IMG/VR virus record: IMGVR_UViG_3300046501_000233
Span: 1-64,000 of that record
Direction: 5' to 3' (one strand)
Length of the DNA stretch: 64,000 nt
DNA from: a virus
Shown here: positions 1-9,061 of the stretch, piece by piece
Layout of the letters: the number at the start of each line of letters is the position of its first letter
Numbering within the stretch: position 1 is the stretch's first letter
The notes under the pieces: generated by a model
Databases searched by the model: none
What the model saw: the letters and a program-made list of their open reading frames with translations, nothing else
What the model was told of the DNA's origin: nothing
Made by a program: the position numbers and the translations under genes

Positions 1-21
1 TAGGAAAGCATCGCCTGTAAG

Positions 22-53
22 AAAAAGGGCCGCGGCACTACACTGCGGCCCTT
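22..53 (-). terminator. Intrinsic terminator after repressor-like gene
   Basis: AAGGGCCGCGG/CTGCGGCCCTT stem; the A-run at 22-26 gives a U-tract on the minus strand. Confidence 0.7.
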
Positions 54-55
54 AA

Positions 56-772
56 TCACTTGAACGCTGCAACGACAATCGCAATGTCGCTGAGTTCGTC
101 AAACGAGAGCGTCTCATCAACCTTCGCCGGCAGCGACTTCGATAGACCGAAGCCGGTCTCATCAATCGACAGCAGCATGCGGATGCGGGACTTACCCTGC
201 TTGTCCGTCACCAGGACAGTGTCGCCCTCAAGGGCGTCGCGATGCTGTGTGGCGAACACCAGCTGACCCGACTTATAAACGGGGTCCATCGAGTTGTCCG
301 GCACATAGAAAGCGAATGCCGTGGTGTCGCCGTCGAGCTGCGGCGGACTCGGAACGGTGACACCCTCCTTCGGTGTTACGTTCTTCCGCAGCGCCTCTGG
401 AAGCGCCGACACATGCTTCACTGTGACATTATGAATGAATGTCTGCGCCGCATGCTTGCGACGCTCCAGCATCGAGCCTTGGTCTTCCGTGCCCTTGCCG
501 ATGACCTCAAGGATCTCCGGCGGGATCGGAATGTTAGTCGCGTCCGAGACTTTCTGGAGTGTCCGCATCGAAGGGACAAACGTATGTTTCGGGTCATTCA
601 ACAAGCGTAGAATGGTGGACGGCGCCAACTCGGCTTTTCGAGCTAGATCAGTCCCATTCCAATTCTTGTCGATCAGGATCTTGTCGATCCATTCCACCAC
701 AAGTTGCCGTGTGGATTTCATTGTGTCAGTTACCGCCGCTAAATCCAACATCTGCGACTCTCCCAATACCAT
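56..772 (-). CDS. XRE-family HTH + S24 (LexA/CI-like) domain transcriptional regulator, probable phage repressor
   Basis: N-terminal HTH (WNGTDLARKAELAPSTILRLL); C-terminal S24-like FYVPDNSMDPVYKSGQLVF; start codon uncertain (772, 751 or 721). Confidence 0.75.
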   Translation of the reverse strand: MVLGESQMLDLAAVTDTMKSTRQLVVEWIDKILIDKNWNGTDLARKAELAPSTILRLLNDPKHTFVPSMRTLQKVSDATNIPIPPEILEVIGKGTEDQGSMLERRKHAAQTFIHNVTVKHVSALPEALRKNVTPKEGVTVPSPPQLDGDTTAFAFYVPDNSMDPVYKSGQLVFATQHRDALEGDTVLVTDKQGKSRIRMLLSIDETGFGLSKSLPAKVDETLSFDELSDIAIVVAAFK

Positions 773-1003
773 TGCTTCATATACAAAACACTAGCGAGCG
801 CGGTTATTGCGCCTGCAATTTCAAAAATACCTGTGCAGTTCTTCTTCGCATTTTCATTCCAATTCCATTTCGTTTGCGGAAATGTAATTGCAATGCGTAT
901 CGAAAGTTTCGTTCCACTGCAAATATTTTTTTGTTCTTGCTTCGTTCTATGCAAATGAACTGGCTAGGGAAATGCCTTGAAATAATGGAACTTTGGAAGC
1001 GAT

Positions 1004-1624
1004 CTACCGCTGGCGAATACTGGAGTTGATGGGGTTTGCTTTCCAGAGAGAGAGAAGTCCTGCAAATTCCGGTGTGGCTATTCCCGCATGAATGACTGCA
1101 ATTGCATCCGCAACGTGTTCGTTGTCGTCATGCAAATCACCCTTATTTCGCAGCGTTTTTCCGCTCTTGATGATAGCTTTCTCATAAAGCAACCACGGCA
1201 ACTCAGGGTATAGTTTTGCCGCCCATGCGATCATCTCCGGCTTGTCCGCCTTCGGGTTCCCGGTGACCAACTTGGTCTCGGCCGGCATAACCTCGATCAG
1301 GGGGATCGGCGATGAGGCAAGCACGCCAATCGCCATACCGAAGCCAAACGCCGAGCGCGAGTGCTGCGATCCTGACGGAATCTCACTGAACATGATGGTG
1401 CAGTCGTTGATGCTGGCGTGAAAGCCGGTCTGCAGCATCCTGGCGCGGCGCAGATCGTCGGAGTTCTGCCGCACCACCTTCTTCTTTCCACCCGACGCCG
1501 GCCTGGTGGCGATCGTCCTGATCTCGGTGACGTCGATCTTCAGCGTGTCTAGGTTGAGCCAGGCTCTGGCTATCCCGAAATTGGCCATGGCGGCGTCTGC
1601 GCCCGCCACTCGGATACGTCGCAT
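1004..1624 (-). CDS. RuvC-like Holliday junction resolvase
   Basis: RNase H-fold acidic motifs: VAGADAAMANFG, FSEIP, EVMPAETK..TGNPKADK, EHVADAIA. Confidence 0.75.
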   Translation of the reverse strand: MRRIRVAGADAAMANFGIARAWLNLDTLKIDVTEIRTIATRPASGGKKKVVRQNSDDLRRARMLQTGFHASINDCTIMFSEIPSGSQHSRSAFGFGMAIGVLASSPIPLIEVMPAETKLVTGNPKADKPEMIAWAAKLYPELPWLLYEKAIIKSGKTLRNKGDLHDDNEHVADAIAVIHAGIATPEFAGLLSLWKANPINSSIRQR

Positions 1625-1670
1625 CAGGATCTCTTGTGTTTGGAGGACCGGCAGCCCCGACATCTCGTGG

Positions 1671-1740
1671 CTTGACCGTTTGCATTTTCACAACTATGAA
1701 GCAAATCCATTTGCACGTCAAATAGTGCAAATGCAAATGA
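1671..1740 (+). promoter_or_regulatory. Sigma70-like promoter (TTGACC-N17-TATGAA) overlaid with TGCAAA boxes, in the divergent region
   Basis: CTTGACCGTTTGCATTTTCACAACTATGAA followed by TGCAAATGCAAA at 1726-1737. Confidence 0.6.
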
Positions 1741-1749
1741 GCACCCGAT

Positions 1750-2568
1750 ATGAGCATCAGAGCACTGAACTGGGTCTTCTCGCCGGCCATCACCGAGCGC
1801 GAGGAGATCACCGCATCCATGCGCCACATCCTGGTCGTCCTGGCTAACTACGCCAGCGTCGAGGACGAGACGTACCCACGCCAAAGCACCATCGCTCGGG
1901 TCACCGGCCTGACGCGATCGACTGTGAACCTTCAGCTGAGCCGGCTTGTCTCGATCGGCGTCATCTCAATGACCGGCCGGACGCACGACAACGGCGCCAA
2001 GCGCTCCTCCGAATACAAGCTTCATATTCCGGCTGAGGCTGATGTCCTCGCTGAGGATGAGCGGCCGACCCCTCGCAAGGGGGATGTCGGAAATTCGAAC
2101 ATGGGGGATGTCCGAAATTCTAACATGGGTAGTTCGAATATCGAACAGGGGATGTCTGCCAATCAGACAGGGGATGTTCGATCCTCGGACATCTTGAACC
2201 CTTTCTTAGAACCCAACCAAGAACCCAACCCTAAACACAAGCAGCCTGCGGCGCGGAAGACTACGACGTGGCCGGCTGATTATCGGGAGCAGTTCTGGAA
2301 GATCTACCCGAAGAAGAAGGGTGACAGCCGGAAGGAAGCTTGGAGGAAGCTCGATATCGTCTACCGCGAGGACGAGGTTGAGTTCGCCGACATCATGAAA
2401 GGTCTCGGCTTCTACGCTGAGCGCATGAATGCCGAAGTCAAGAAGGACGCCAGCAACATGAAATACATCGCTGCGGCCTCGGTCTGGATCAATCAGGCCA
2501 GATGGGAGACCGAGAGCGCGCCGGGCAAGGACGATGGGCCGAAGCCTAAGTTCCGGTTCGCCATCTGA
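1750..2568 (+). CDS. HTH replication initiator protein (lambda O-like organisation)
   Basis: N-terminal winged HTH (LVVLANYA..TYPRQSTIARVTGLTRSTV), central repeats, C-terminal FWKIYPKK...AASVWINQARWE domain; lies upstream of the primase-helicase. Confidence 0.75.
   Translation: MSIRALNWVFSPAITEREEITASMRHILVVLANYASVEDETYPRQSTIARVTGLTRSTVNLQLSRLVSIGVISMTGRTHDNGAKRSSEYKLHIPAEADVLAEDERPTPRKGDVGNSNMGDVRNSNMGSSNIEQGMSANQTGDVRSSDILNPFLEPNQEPNPKHKQPAARKTTTWPADYREQFWKIYPKKKGDSRKEAWRKLDIVYREDEVEFADIMKGLGFYAERMNAEVKKDASNMKYIAAASVWINQARWETESAPGKDDGPKPKFRFAI
2079..2192. repeat. Five iteron-like dyad repeats inside the initiator gene (putative origin)
   Basis: ~22-24 bp units GGGGATGT(C/T)CG-N4-5-CG(A/G)ACA repeated five times, followed by GAACCCAACC twice. 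Confidence 0.65.
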
Positions 2569-2888
2569 TGGCCGGCGTGGATGTGAAGAAGGCGCTGGAC
2601 GAGGAGCGGATCCAGGTCCGCTCCATCAAGTTCGGCAACCAGTACACCTTGTGTCCGCAGTGCTCTCACAAGCGCAAGGGTGCTCACAAAAAGATCAAGT
2701 GCCTCTCGGTCAAGATCGATGCGAGCGGCGTGTGTTGGAACTGCAAAAATTGCGGATGGGTTGGATCAGAGAATGCTAAGCGAGAATCACGTCAAGGGGA
2801 TAGTCGCCAGAAGCCTGTGCCCCGAAGTGGCAGCACATATGGGGCTCTACAGCGGCAAGCGCTTGCGCGATGGGTCAATCGAACCTGA
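2568..2888 (+). CDS. Primase-type zinc-binding domain encoded as a separate ORF
   Basis: CPQC...KCLSV...WNCKNCGWVG resembles the N-terminal Zn ribbon of T7 gp4/Twinkle-like primase-helicases; TGATG coupling to upstream gene. Confidence 0.65.
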   Translation: MAGVDVKKALDEERIQVRSIKFGNQYTLCPQCSHKRKGAHKKIKCLSVKIDASGVCWNCKNCGWVGSENAKRESRQGDSRQKPVPRSGSTYGALQRQALARWVNRT

Positions 2889-4326
2889 CGTCAACGGCAA
2901 GATCCTCTGCTTCCCGTATATGGAACGGGAGAAAGAGGTCAACACGAAGTACCGCTGGAGTGAGGACGGCCAGCGTCGCTTCATGCAGCGCAAGGACGCG
3001 GTGAAAACCCTGTTCAATGCGAACTGTCTCCTCGACGAGGAGATGCTGAAGGTTCTGGAGAACGGCGATGCAGAGCTGGTGTGGACCGAGGGTGAGTTCG
3101 ACACCATTGCCGCCGTCGAGTGCGGCTTTGCCCACACGGTATCGGTGCCGGATGGTGCGCTGCCGGCTCGCGACAAGAACGGCAAGCTGATCCATGTGCC
3201 GGACGATGCCGACGACCTCGATCCCGAGGACGACGACAAGTTCTCGTTCATGGGACTATTGATGCCGCAGTTGCAGCGGGTGAAAACCCACGTCATCGCT
3301 GTCGATGACGACGAGCCTGGCCGCCGGCTGGCGAAAGAGCTGGTGAGACGACTCGGCCCGGCGCGGTGTCGCTGGATCAAGTATCCGACCGAAGAGGTCG
3401 TGCCGGACAAGAAGAACGATGGCAGATTCCGTACCTGCAAGGATCTCAACGAAGTCAAAATGTATTTCGGCGCCGACAAGGTGCGCGAGATCATCGAGAA
3501 CTCGTTGGAGTGGCCGGTCTCCGGTCTCTACAAGCTCAGCCAGTACCCGGAGGTTGAGATCCCGGAGATGGTCGAGCTTGGCTTATCGAAAGAGTTCGAC
3601 GAGCACGTCAAGTTCTACGCCGGAATGTTCGTTGTCTGCACCGGCGTGCCGAACATGGGTAAATCGACCCTGATCAATCAGGCGTCGGTGATCCTTGCCA
3701 AGAAACACAAATGGCCGATCGCCATCTTCTCCGGTGAGAAGGGCGTCAAGCCTTTCCTCGCCCAGGAGCTGATGACCGGCTTCCTCGAAAAGGAGAAGAA
3801 AGAATGGACGGCTGAAGATAAGGCCCGCGCCACGGCATTCGTGGAGCGCTACTACCAGTTCATCGATTACGATGATGAGCGGGACGATATCGAGATGGAC
3901 GTCGAGTTCATCATCAAGAGAGCTGAGACCGCCGTCTTCCGGGAAGGCACCAAGGCTCTGATCATCGATCCCTGGAATGAGCTGGAGCATCGCTTCCCGA
4001 AGCATATGACGATGACGCAGTATGTCGGCGACGCAATCCGTCAGCTCAAGCGCTTCGCCAAACGGACTGGTTGCGCCGTCTTTGTCGTAGCGCATCCGAC
4101 CAAGGTGCCAGGCGGTGAAGTCCCGAGCCTCTACAACATCTCGGACTCGGCGCACTGGGCGAATAAGCCTGACCTGGGCCTAGTGGTCCACGGTGACGAC
4201 CCAACCCTGACGGAGCGAGACATCCACATCAAGAAGGTCCGCCTCAAGCGGATCGCCGGCAATGTGGGAATGGTGAAGCTGCAGTTCGACGAGCGCACCA
4301 ATCTGTTCGTCCCGCCAGAATTTTGA
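2773..4326 (+). CDS. TOPRIM primase + DnaB-like (SF4) helicase, T7 gp4/Twinkle-like
   Basis: TOPRIM WTEGEFD, AVDDDEPG, CKDLNE; Walker A TGVPNMGKST; IIDPWN; VAHPTK; ISDSAHWANKPD. Confidence 0.9.
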   Translation: MLSENHVKGIVARSLCPEVAAHMGLYSGKRLRDGSIEPDVNGKILCFPYMEREKEVNTKYRWSEDGQRRFMQRKDAVKTLFNANCLLDEEMLKVLENGDAELVWTEGEFDTIAAVECGFAHTVSVPDGALPARDKNGKLIHVPDDADDLDPEDDDKFSFMGLLMPQLQRVKTHVIAVDDDEPGRRLAKELVRRLGPARCRWIKYPTEEVVPDKKNDGRFRTCKDLNEVKMYFGADKVREIIENSLEWPVSGLYKLSQYPEVEIPEMVELGLSKEFDEHVKFYAGMFVVCTGVPNMGKSTLINQASVILAKKHKWPIAIFSGEKGVKPFLAQELMTGFLEKEKKEWTAEDKARATAFVERYYQFIDYDDERDDIEMDVEFIIKRAETAVFREGTKALIIDPWNELEHRFPKHMTMTQYVGDAIRQLKRFAKRTGCAVFVVAHPTKVPGGEVPSLYNISDSAHWANKPDLGLVVHGDDPTLTERDIHIKKVRLKRIAGNVGMVKLQFDERTNLFVPPEF

Positions 4327-4387
4327 GATTGTGCTTGCTTGAATGCAAACGCTATGCTAATGCAAACGGAGAAAGAGAGAGGACACC

Positions 4388-5032
4388 ATGTCGACTGTCA
4401 ATAAAGCAATCATCCTGGGCCGCCTGGGAAAAGACCCTGAGATCCGAAATGCCGGCAATTCGGATGTCGCCAACCTGTCGGTGGCAACGTCTGAGGTCTG
4501 GAAGGACAAGCGTTCCGGTGAGCGTCAGGAAAAGACCGAGTGGCACCGCATCACCGTCTGGAACGAACACGCCATCAAGTTCATCGACGAGCACCTGAAG
4601 AAGGGTGACCAGGTCTACATCGAAGGCAAGATCGAGACCCGCAAGTACGAGAAGGATGGCGTCGACGTCTACACGACCGAGATCATCGTCCCGGCATTCG
4701 GCGGCGAAGTGAAGAAGATCTGGGAGCGTGACGGAAACGGCGGCGGCGGCGACAGCAGCGGCAATGACCGTGGCGGAAGCCGCAACAACGACCGTGGCGG
4801 CAACGATCGTGGCAATGATCGCGGCAACGGCCGAAGCGGCAGCAACGACCGCGGTTCGGATCGCGGCGGGAGTCGTGGCAACGACCGCGCAAATGATCGT
4901 GGCGGCAATGACCGCGGCGGCTCGCGTGGCAACGACCGCGATAACGGACGCAGTGGCAATTCCCGTGACACTGGCCGCGGTGGCGGTGGCGGTCGCGACA
5001 ACAACGACATGGACGACGACATTCCTTTTTAA
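4388..5032 (+). CDS. ssb: Single-stranded DNA-binding protein with a long Gly/Arg/Asn/Asp linker
   Basis: VNKAIILGRLGKDPE, TEWHRI, KGDQVYIEGKIETRKY; C-terminal DDDIPF tip. Confidence 0.97.
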   Translation: MSTVNKAIILGRLGKDPEIRNAGNSDVANLSVATSEVWKDKRSGERQEKTEWHRITVWNEHAIKFIDEHLKKGDQVYIEGKIETRKYEKDGVDVYTTEIIVPAFGGEVKKIWERDGNGGGGDSSGNDRGGSRNNDRGGNDRGNDRGNGRSGSNDRGSDRGGSRGNDRANDRGGNDRGGSRGNDRDNGRSGNSRDTGRGGGGGRDNNDMDDDIPF

Positions 5033-5081
5033 CAAACCATCCGACCTCCTGAGCCGTATGCGGTACGGGTTGGTCTGATTG

Positions 5082-5129
5082 AGGGGGTGCTCCTGAATAG
5101 TTTGGCGTGCAGGGAGCACCCCTTTTTTT
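5082..5129 (+). terminator. Intrinsic terminator after ssb
   Basis: AGGGGGTGCTCC...GGAGCACCCCT followed by a T-run. Confidence 0.8.
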
Positions 5130-5179
5130 GCCTCATCGTTTGCATTTGAGAATGCAAATGCAATTCACTTGGAGAAGAC

Positions 5180-5587
5180 ATGATCAACGGCAACATCAAG
5201 GGGCTTCGCATCTTCACTCTCGATCCGACGACGATCAGAGGCGATGACGACGGCGCAAAAAGCATCGGGTTCAAGGAAATCTGCGATTGCCCGCCCGGCA
5301 CCTGCGCGAACGACAACGACCAGCCGACCCCCGTGGATATCGACCCGGAGTTCGCCCAGGGCATGGAGGCTTTCCTTCGCTCGATGATGGGCGGCGAGCC
5401 GCTCGATCTGGCGACCGACCTCCAGACCGACGAAGACGAGATCTTCGAAGGCGAAGAAATCCCCGTCATGTCTGCGCATGACAAGGTTGAAGCTGTCGCT
5501 CAGCTCGGCCGCACCATCGAGAGCGTAGCCCGCTCGCTCGAAGCCCACACGGCGCTGGTTACGGCGCTCGTCACCGACGAGGTGTGA
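5180..5587 (+). CDS. Hypothetical acidic protein
   Basis: GGAG RBS; GTGA overlap with next gene; CDCPPGTC motif. Confidence 0.6.
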   Translation: MINGNIKGLRIFTLDPTTIRGDDDGAKSIGFKEICDCPPGTCANDNDQPTPVDIDPEFAQGMEAFLRSMMGGEPLDLATDLQTDEDEIFEGEEIPVMSAHDKVEAVAQLGRTIESVARSLEAHTALVTALVTDEV

Positions 5588-5943
5588 CGATGGATGCGTC
5601 AGCAACCATTCTCGACATCTCGCCTGGAGCGCTTTCGGACTATTACGACTGGCTGAAAGACTCCAAGCACGGCGACACCCTCATCTACTGGCAGGGTGAT
5701 CTGCAGTTCGACCGGCAGGTCGTTGTTCCGGCATCCGACGTGATGCGGTCTGACGAACGCAGCCGTATCGCCGCACTGAACACGGTCGCTGATCGTGTTC
5801 GGATCGATGCGAAGAGTGGTGTGCTGTTGCTCACCCAGAAGCGCATCGGCTTCGGCATCTTCGAATACCGAGCCCAGCGGGTCCGCCCGACCTACCACGC
5901 CCCCAAAACGGTGCAACCGAATGATGACCTCGTCCTCGCTTGA
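5584..5943 (+). CDS. Hypothetical protein
   Basis: Coupled ORF with phage-like codon usage. Confidence 0.6.
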   Translation: MTMDASATILDISPGALSDYYDWLKDSKHGDTLIYWQGDLQFDRQVVVPASDVMRSDERSRIAALNTVADRVRIDAKSGVLLLTQKRIGFGIFEYRAQRVRPTYHAPKTVQPNDDLVLA

Positions 5944-6514
5944 GGATCGCATCAACGCAATGAGCTGGCTCAACCACGGTGTTGAGCTGGCCGTTGCGCT
6001 GAAGGGCGACCGCGCACAGCACAAAGACGCCATTTGGCAGCTCCTCGTGGAAGCTGTCGAGGTGATCGACAAGACCCCCGACAATGAGCGTCGCTGGCTG
6101 ACGTCAGGCAATCGCTCCGGTGGCTGGAACATGATCGGCATGACCGCTGCGGACCTGAAGGAGATCGAACGCCTTCGTCTGTTCTCGGCGATGAAGCCCT
6201 ACGATGGAGCGACCAAGTATGCCCCGCAAAGAAATGACGTCGACCGAGCTATCGGCATTCTTGACTGGCTTCGTTGGTGCTCCTCCGCCCGCATGGCAGA
6301 TCGACTTACTAAGGCAGCTGTCGCTCTTGCCCGCGGAGGAGATCAGGAAATTGTGCATCGCCTCTACTGCCCGACGCGCAAGCCGCACCGTCAGAACGTC
6401 CATGAAATCCGCACTCGAACTGTGGGCTTCATTCTCGCCGGTCTGAAGAAAGACCTCGGCATCGTGCCGGACCAGAGCCTCACCTTCAAGGAGATCTACC
6501 ATGCCGCTGCGTGA
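5921..6514 (+). CDS. Hypothetical protein
   Basis: ORF overlapping both neighbours in the operon; start taken at ATG 5921. Confidence 0.55.
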   Translation: MMTSSSLEDRINAMSWLNHGVELAVALKGDRAQHKDAIWQLLVEAVEVIDKTPDNERRWLTSGNRSGGWNMIGMTAADLKEIERLRLFSAMKPYDGATKYAPQRNDVDRAIGILDWLRWCSSARMADRLTKAAVALARGGDQEIVHRLYCPTRKPHRQNVHEIRTRTVGFILAGLKKDLGIVPDQSLTFKEIYHAAA

Positions 6515-7133
6515 TCTGCCCCTGCCCCGTCGTGTCGATATAGACGCCATCGTCGAAAACTCCTTCAAGGATTTTCATCAAAAGGGCTTCGACTATCTGT
6601 GCCTGCAGCGGTCCCCCGTCGAGACGGTGAAGCTGTATTTCTTCGATGCCGACGTGTCGAAAATGCCGGAAGTCGTCGCTCCGCACGATCACCGCTATGA
6701 TTTTGAGTCCTACGTCGCAGCCGGCGCCAGCGAGAATGTCTGGTTCAAGCGGTCGATGACCGAGGGCGAGATCTACAACTGGTTCGAATATCGCACCCCT
6801 CTGAACGGCGGCGATGGCTTCACCTTTGCCGGTGAAGAGCAGTTGGTCGAGGCGAAGCGCAGCCGGTTCGAGCGCGGCGAGTCCTACCACATGCACGCCG
6901 AGGATCTGCACACGATCCGCATGGCGCAGAACGAGACCGTTCTGATGCTGGTCCAGTTCGAGGATATCGTCGCCCTTGAGCACCCGACGTCGACGTTCAT
7001 CCAGGGTAACGCCCCGAAGATGGATGGCCTCTACTCCAAGTTCACCGCCGATCAGGTGATCGCCAAGCTCCGCAATTTCGAGGATCGCACGGGTCACCGC
7101 TTCATCACGGAGATCGAGGCCAATGCCGCGTAG
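6501..7133 (+). CDS. Cupin-like (double-stranded beta-helix) protein
   Basis: PHDHRYDFESYV and YHMHAEDLHTI match the two cupin motifs. Confidence 0.5.
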   Translation: MPLRDLPLPRRVDIDAIVENSFKDFHQKGFDYLCLQRSPVETVKLYFFDADVSKMPEVVAPHDHRYDFESYVAAGASENVWFKRSMTEGEIYNWFEYRTPLNGGDGFTFAGEEQLVEAKRSRFERGESYHMHAEDLHTIRMAQNETVLMLVQFEDIVALEHPTSTFIQGNAPKMDGLYSKFTADQVIAKLRNFEDRTGHRFITEIEANAA

Positions 7134-7359
7134 CAAGGCGCATGAGGATGCGATCCTCAGATACAGCGCCGCGCTAGACGTTCAGAAGGGTCTGCTCGAT
7201 GTCCTTCGTGCCAAATATTTAAACGGCACGAAGGAACAGCAGCAAAACGCCTTCTGGAATTACGTCTCCTCCGGCGAGGTAGTTGCCGATGCCCTGCGAG
7301 TGATCGCCTGGCACGACATGATTGAAGCCGGCATCGATCCAGTGGGGCGCCTGACCTGA
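7123..7359 (+). CDS. Hypothetical protein
   Basis: Coupled ORF (TGATG into dnaQ). Confidence 0.55.
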   Translation: MPRSKAHEDAILRYSAALDVQKGLLDVLRAKYLNGTKEQQQNAFWNYVSSGEVVADALRVIAWHDMIEAGIDPVGRLT

Positions 7360-8057
7360 TGAGAGAAATCATCCTCGATACTGAAACGACCGGATTGAGC
7401 TTCAAGGCCGATCGGGTCATCGAGATTGGCGCGGTGGAGATGATCGACTGGAACCTCACCGGCAAGGCCTATCATCGATACATCAACCCCCAGAGGGAAG
7501 TGTCGAAGGAAGCCTTCCGGGTTCACGGCATATCGACCGAGTTTCTGAAGTCCAAGCCGGTTTTCAAGCGGCTCGCCGATCGGTTCCTGGAGTTCATCGG
7601 AGACGCCAGGCTAGTCGCACACAATGCCAACTTCGACATCAGCATGCTGAATGCCGAGCTGGCCCGGATCGATTATCCGCCGATCCAGAACGAAGTGGTC
7701 GACACCATGCAGATGGCTCGGGATGTCCGAGCCGGCGGCCGGCACACGCTGGATGCGCTCTGCTCCTACTACGGCATCGACGGATCACGCCGCGAGAAAC
7801 ACGGCGCCCTGCTCGATGCTGAATTGTTGGCACAGGTCTACATCGAGCTTCGTGGCGGCCGGCAGATGCCGATGTCGCTCGAAGTCGTCGAAGACAAAGA
7901 TCTGATCATTCCGCCGGCTCGCCAACGACCAACACCGCTGCCGCCGCGCCTCACGGATGAGGACCGGCGTCTGCACACCGCCTTCGTCGCCGAGATGGGT
8001 GAGAAGGCAATCTGGCTCGAATACCAAGACGCCCCTCTGACGACCAAGGCGGCATAA
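7359..8057 (+). CDS. dnaQ: DNA polymerase III epsilon subunit (DEDDh 3'-5' exonuclease)
   Basis: ILDTETTG, VAHNANFD, HGALLDAELLA; C-terminal extension as in proteobacterial DnaQ. Confidence 0.93.
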   Translation: MREIILDTETTGLSFKADRVIEIGAVEMIDWNLTGKAYHRYINPQREVSKEAFRVHGISTEFLKSKPVFKRLADRFLEFIGDARLVAHNANFDISMLNAELARIDYPPIQNEVVDTMQMARDVRAGGRHTLDALCSYYGIDGSRREKHGALLDAELLAQVYIELRGGRQMPMSLEVVEDKDLIIPPARQRPTPLPPRLTDEDRRLHTAFVAEMGEKAIWLEYQDAPLTTKAA

Positions 8058-8096
8058 CGCTGCCCTCACGCTTGCACGAAAACAAAGGAGATACCA

Positions 8097-9050
8097 ATGC
8101 AATTGATGCGACGTACCGGACACATCCGGATGAGTGATGAAGCCCGCCTTGCCCGCATGTCATCGATCGGCGGCTCGGACGCCCGGATCATCATGTCCGG
8201 CGATCAAGAGGCAATCGAGAAGCTGTGGCGTGAGAAGCGCGGCGAGTCCACGCCTGACGATCTGTCGGACATCATACTCGTTCAGCTCGGCAACATCACC
8301 GAAGCTCTCAACGCCGATCTCTTCGAGCGCGAGAAGGGGCTCTACGTTACCAACGAGCAGGACAAAGTCTTCCACCCGGACTGGGAGCTGGCGCATGCCA
8401 CGCTCGATGGCCTGGTGCGCGAGCAGTTGGAGTCCGATCCGATCGCGATGGTCGAGTTCAAGTTCATGTTCCCCTTCGGCTTCGACAAGCAGAAGGCCTT
8501 CGACAAGTATTACGCCCAGTGCCAGCACAACATGGCCTGCACTCGGCAGCCGACGTCGTTCCTGTCCATTCTGACCGGCGCCGCGCAGCACGTAATCATC
8601 GATGTGGAAGCTGACATCTTCTACCAGATGGAGCTGCTCGAAGCGGAGAAGGACTTCTGGGATTGCGTCCAGACAGGCCGCGTCCCCGGTAATCCTGTGA
8701 TCGAAGTGCCGCTCGTCGAGCGCATCAAGGTCACCGACATGTCCACGAATAATCGCTGGATGTCCCAGGTGCAGACGCTGATCAGCACCAAGACCTACTT
8801 CGACATCCACGGCGATGCTCTGAAAGAGATCAAGAAGCTGATGCCCGGCGACGCTCAGAAGGCGTTCGGCGGCGGCTTCGAGATCAACCTGTCGAAGGAC
8901 GGCAAGAAGCTGGTGAAGCTCGATGCCGAGGCTGTCGCCAAGTTCGACAAGGAAAACGACATCAAGCGGCCCGAGGCTGACAACGACAACGAGAAGAAGC
9001 CGGTCCGTAAGCGGGCCAGCAAGAAGGCCGACGCAGCAGCAGCCGCATAA
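8097..9050 (+). CDS. YqaJ/lambda-exonuclease-family recombination nuclease
   Basis: IGGSDA, LWREKRG, GNITE, ATLDG, EFK, YYAQCQHNM. Confidence 0.85.
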   Translation: MQLMRRTGHIRMSDEARLARMSSIGGSDARIIMSGDQEAIEKLWREKRGESTPDDLSDIILVQLGNITEALNADLFEREKGLYVTNEQDKVFHPDWELAHATLDGLVREQLESDPIAMVEFKFMFPFGFDKQKAFDKYYAQCQHNMACTRQPTSFLSILTGAAQHVIIDVEADIFYQMELLEAEKDFWDCVQTGRVPGNPVIEVPLVERIKVTDMSTNNRWMSQVQTLISTKTYFDIHGDALKEIKKLMPGDAQKAFGGGFEINLSKDGKKLVKLDAEAVAKFDKENDIKRPEADNDNEKKPVRKRASKKADAAAAA

Positions 9051-9061
9051 GGAGTAATCAC

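Noticed and set aside
1004-1624. RuvC as a TnpB/Cas12/IS110-type RNA-guided nuclease
   Set aside because: About 200 aa single RuvC domain typical of phage resolvases, with no accessory domains or adjacent array
2079-2192. CRISPR or guide-RNA array
   Set aside because: Units are contiguous without unique spacers, lie in a coding frame, and no cas or Nop-domain gene was recognised
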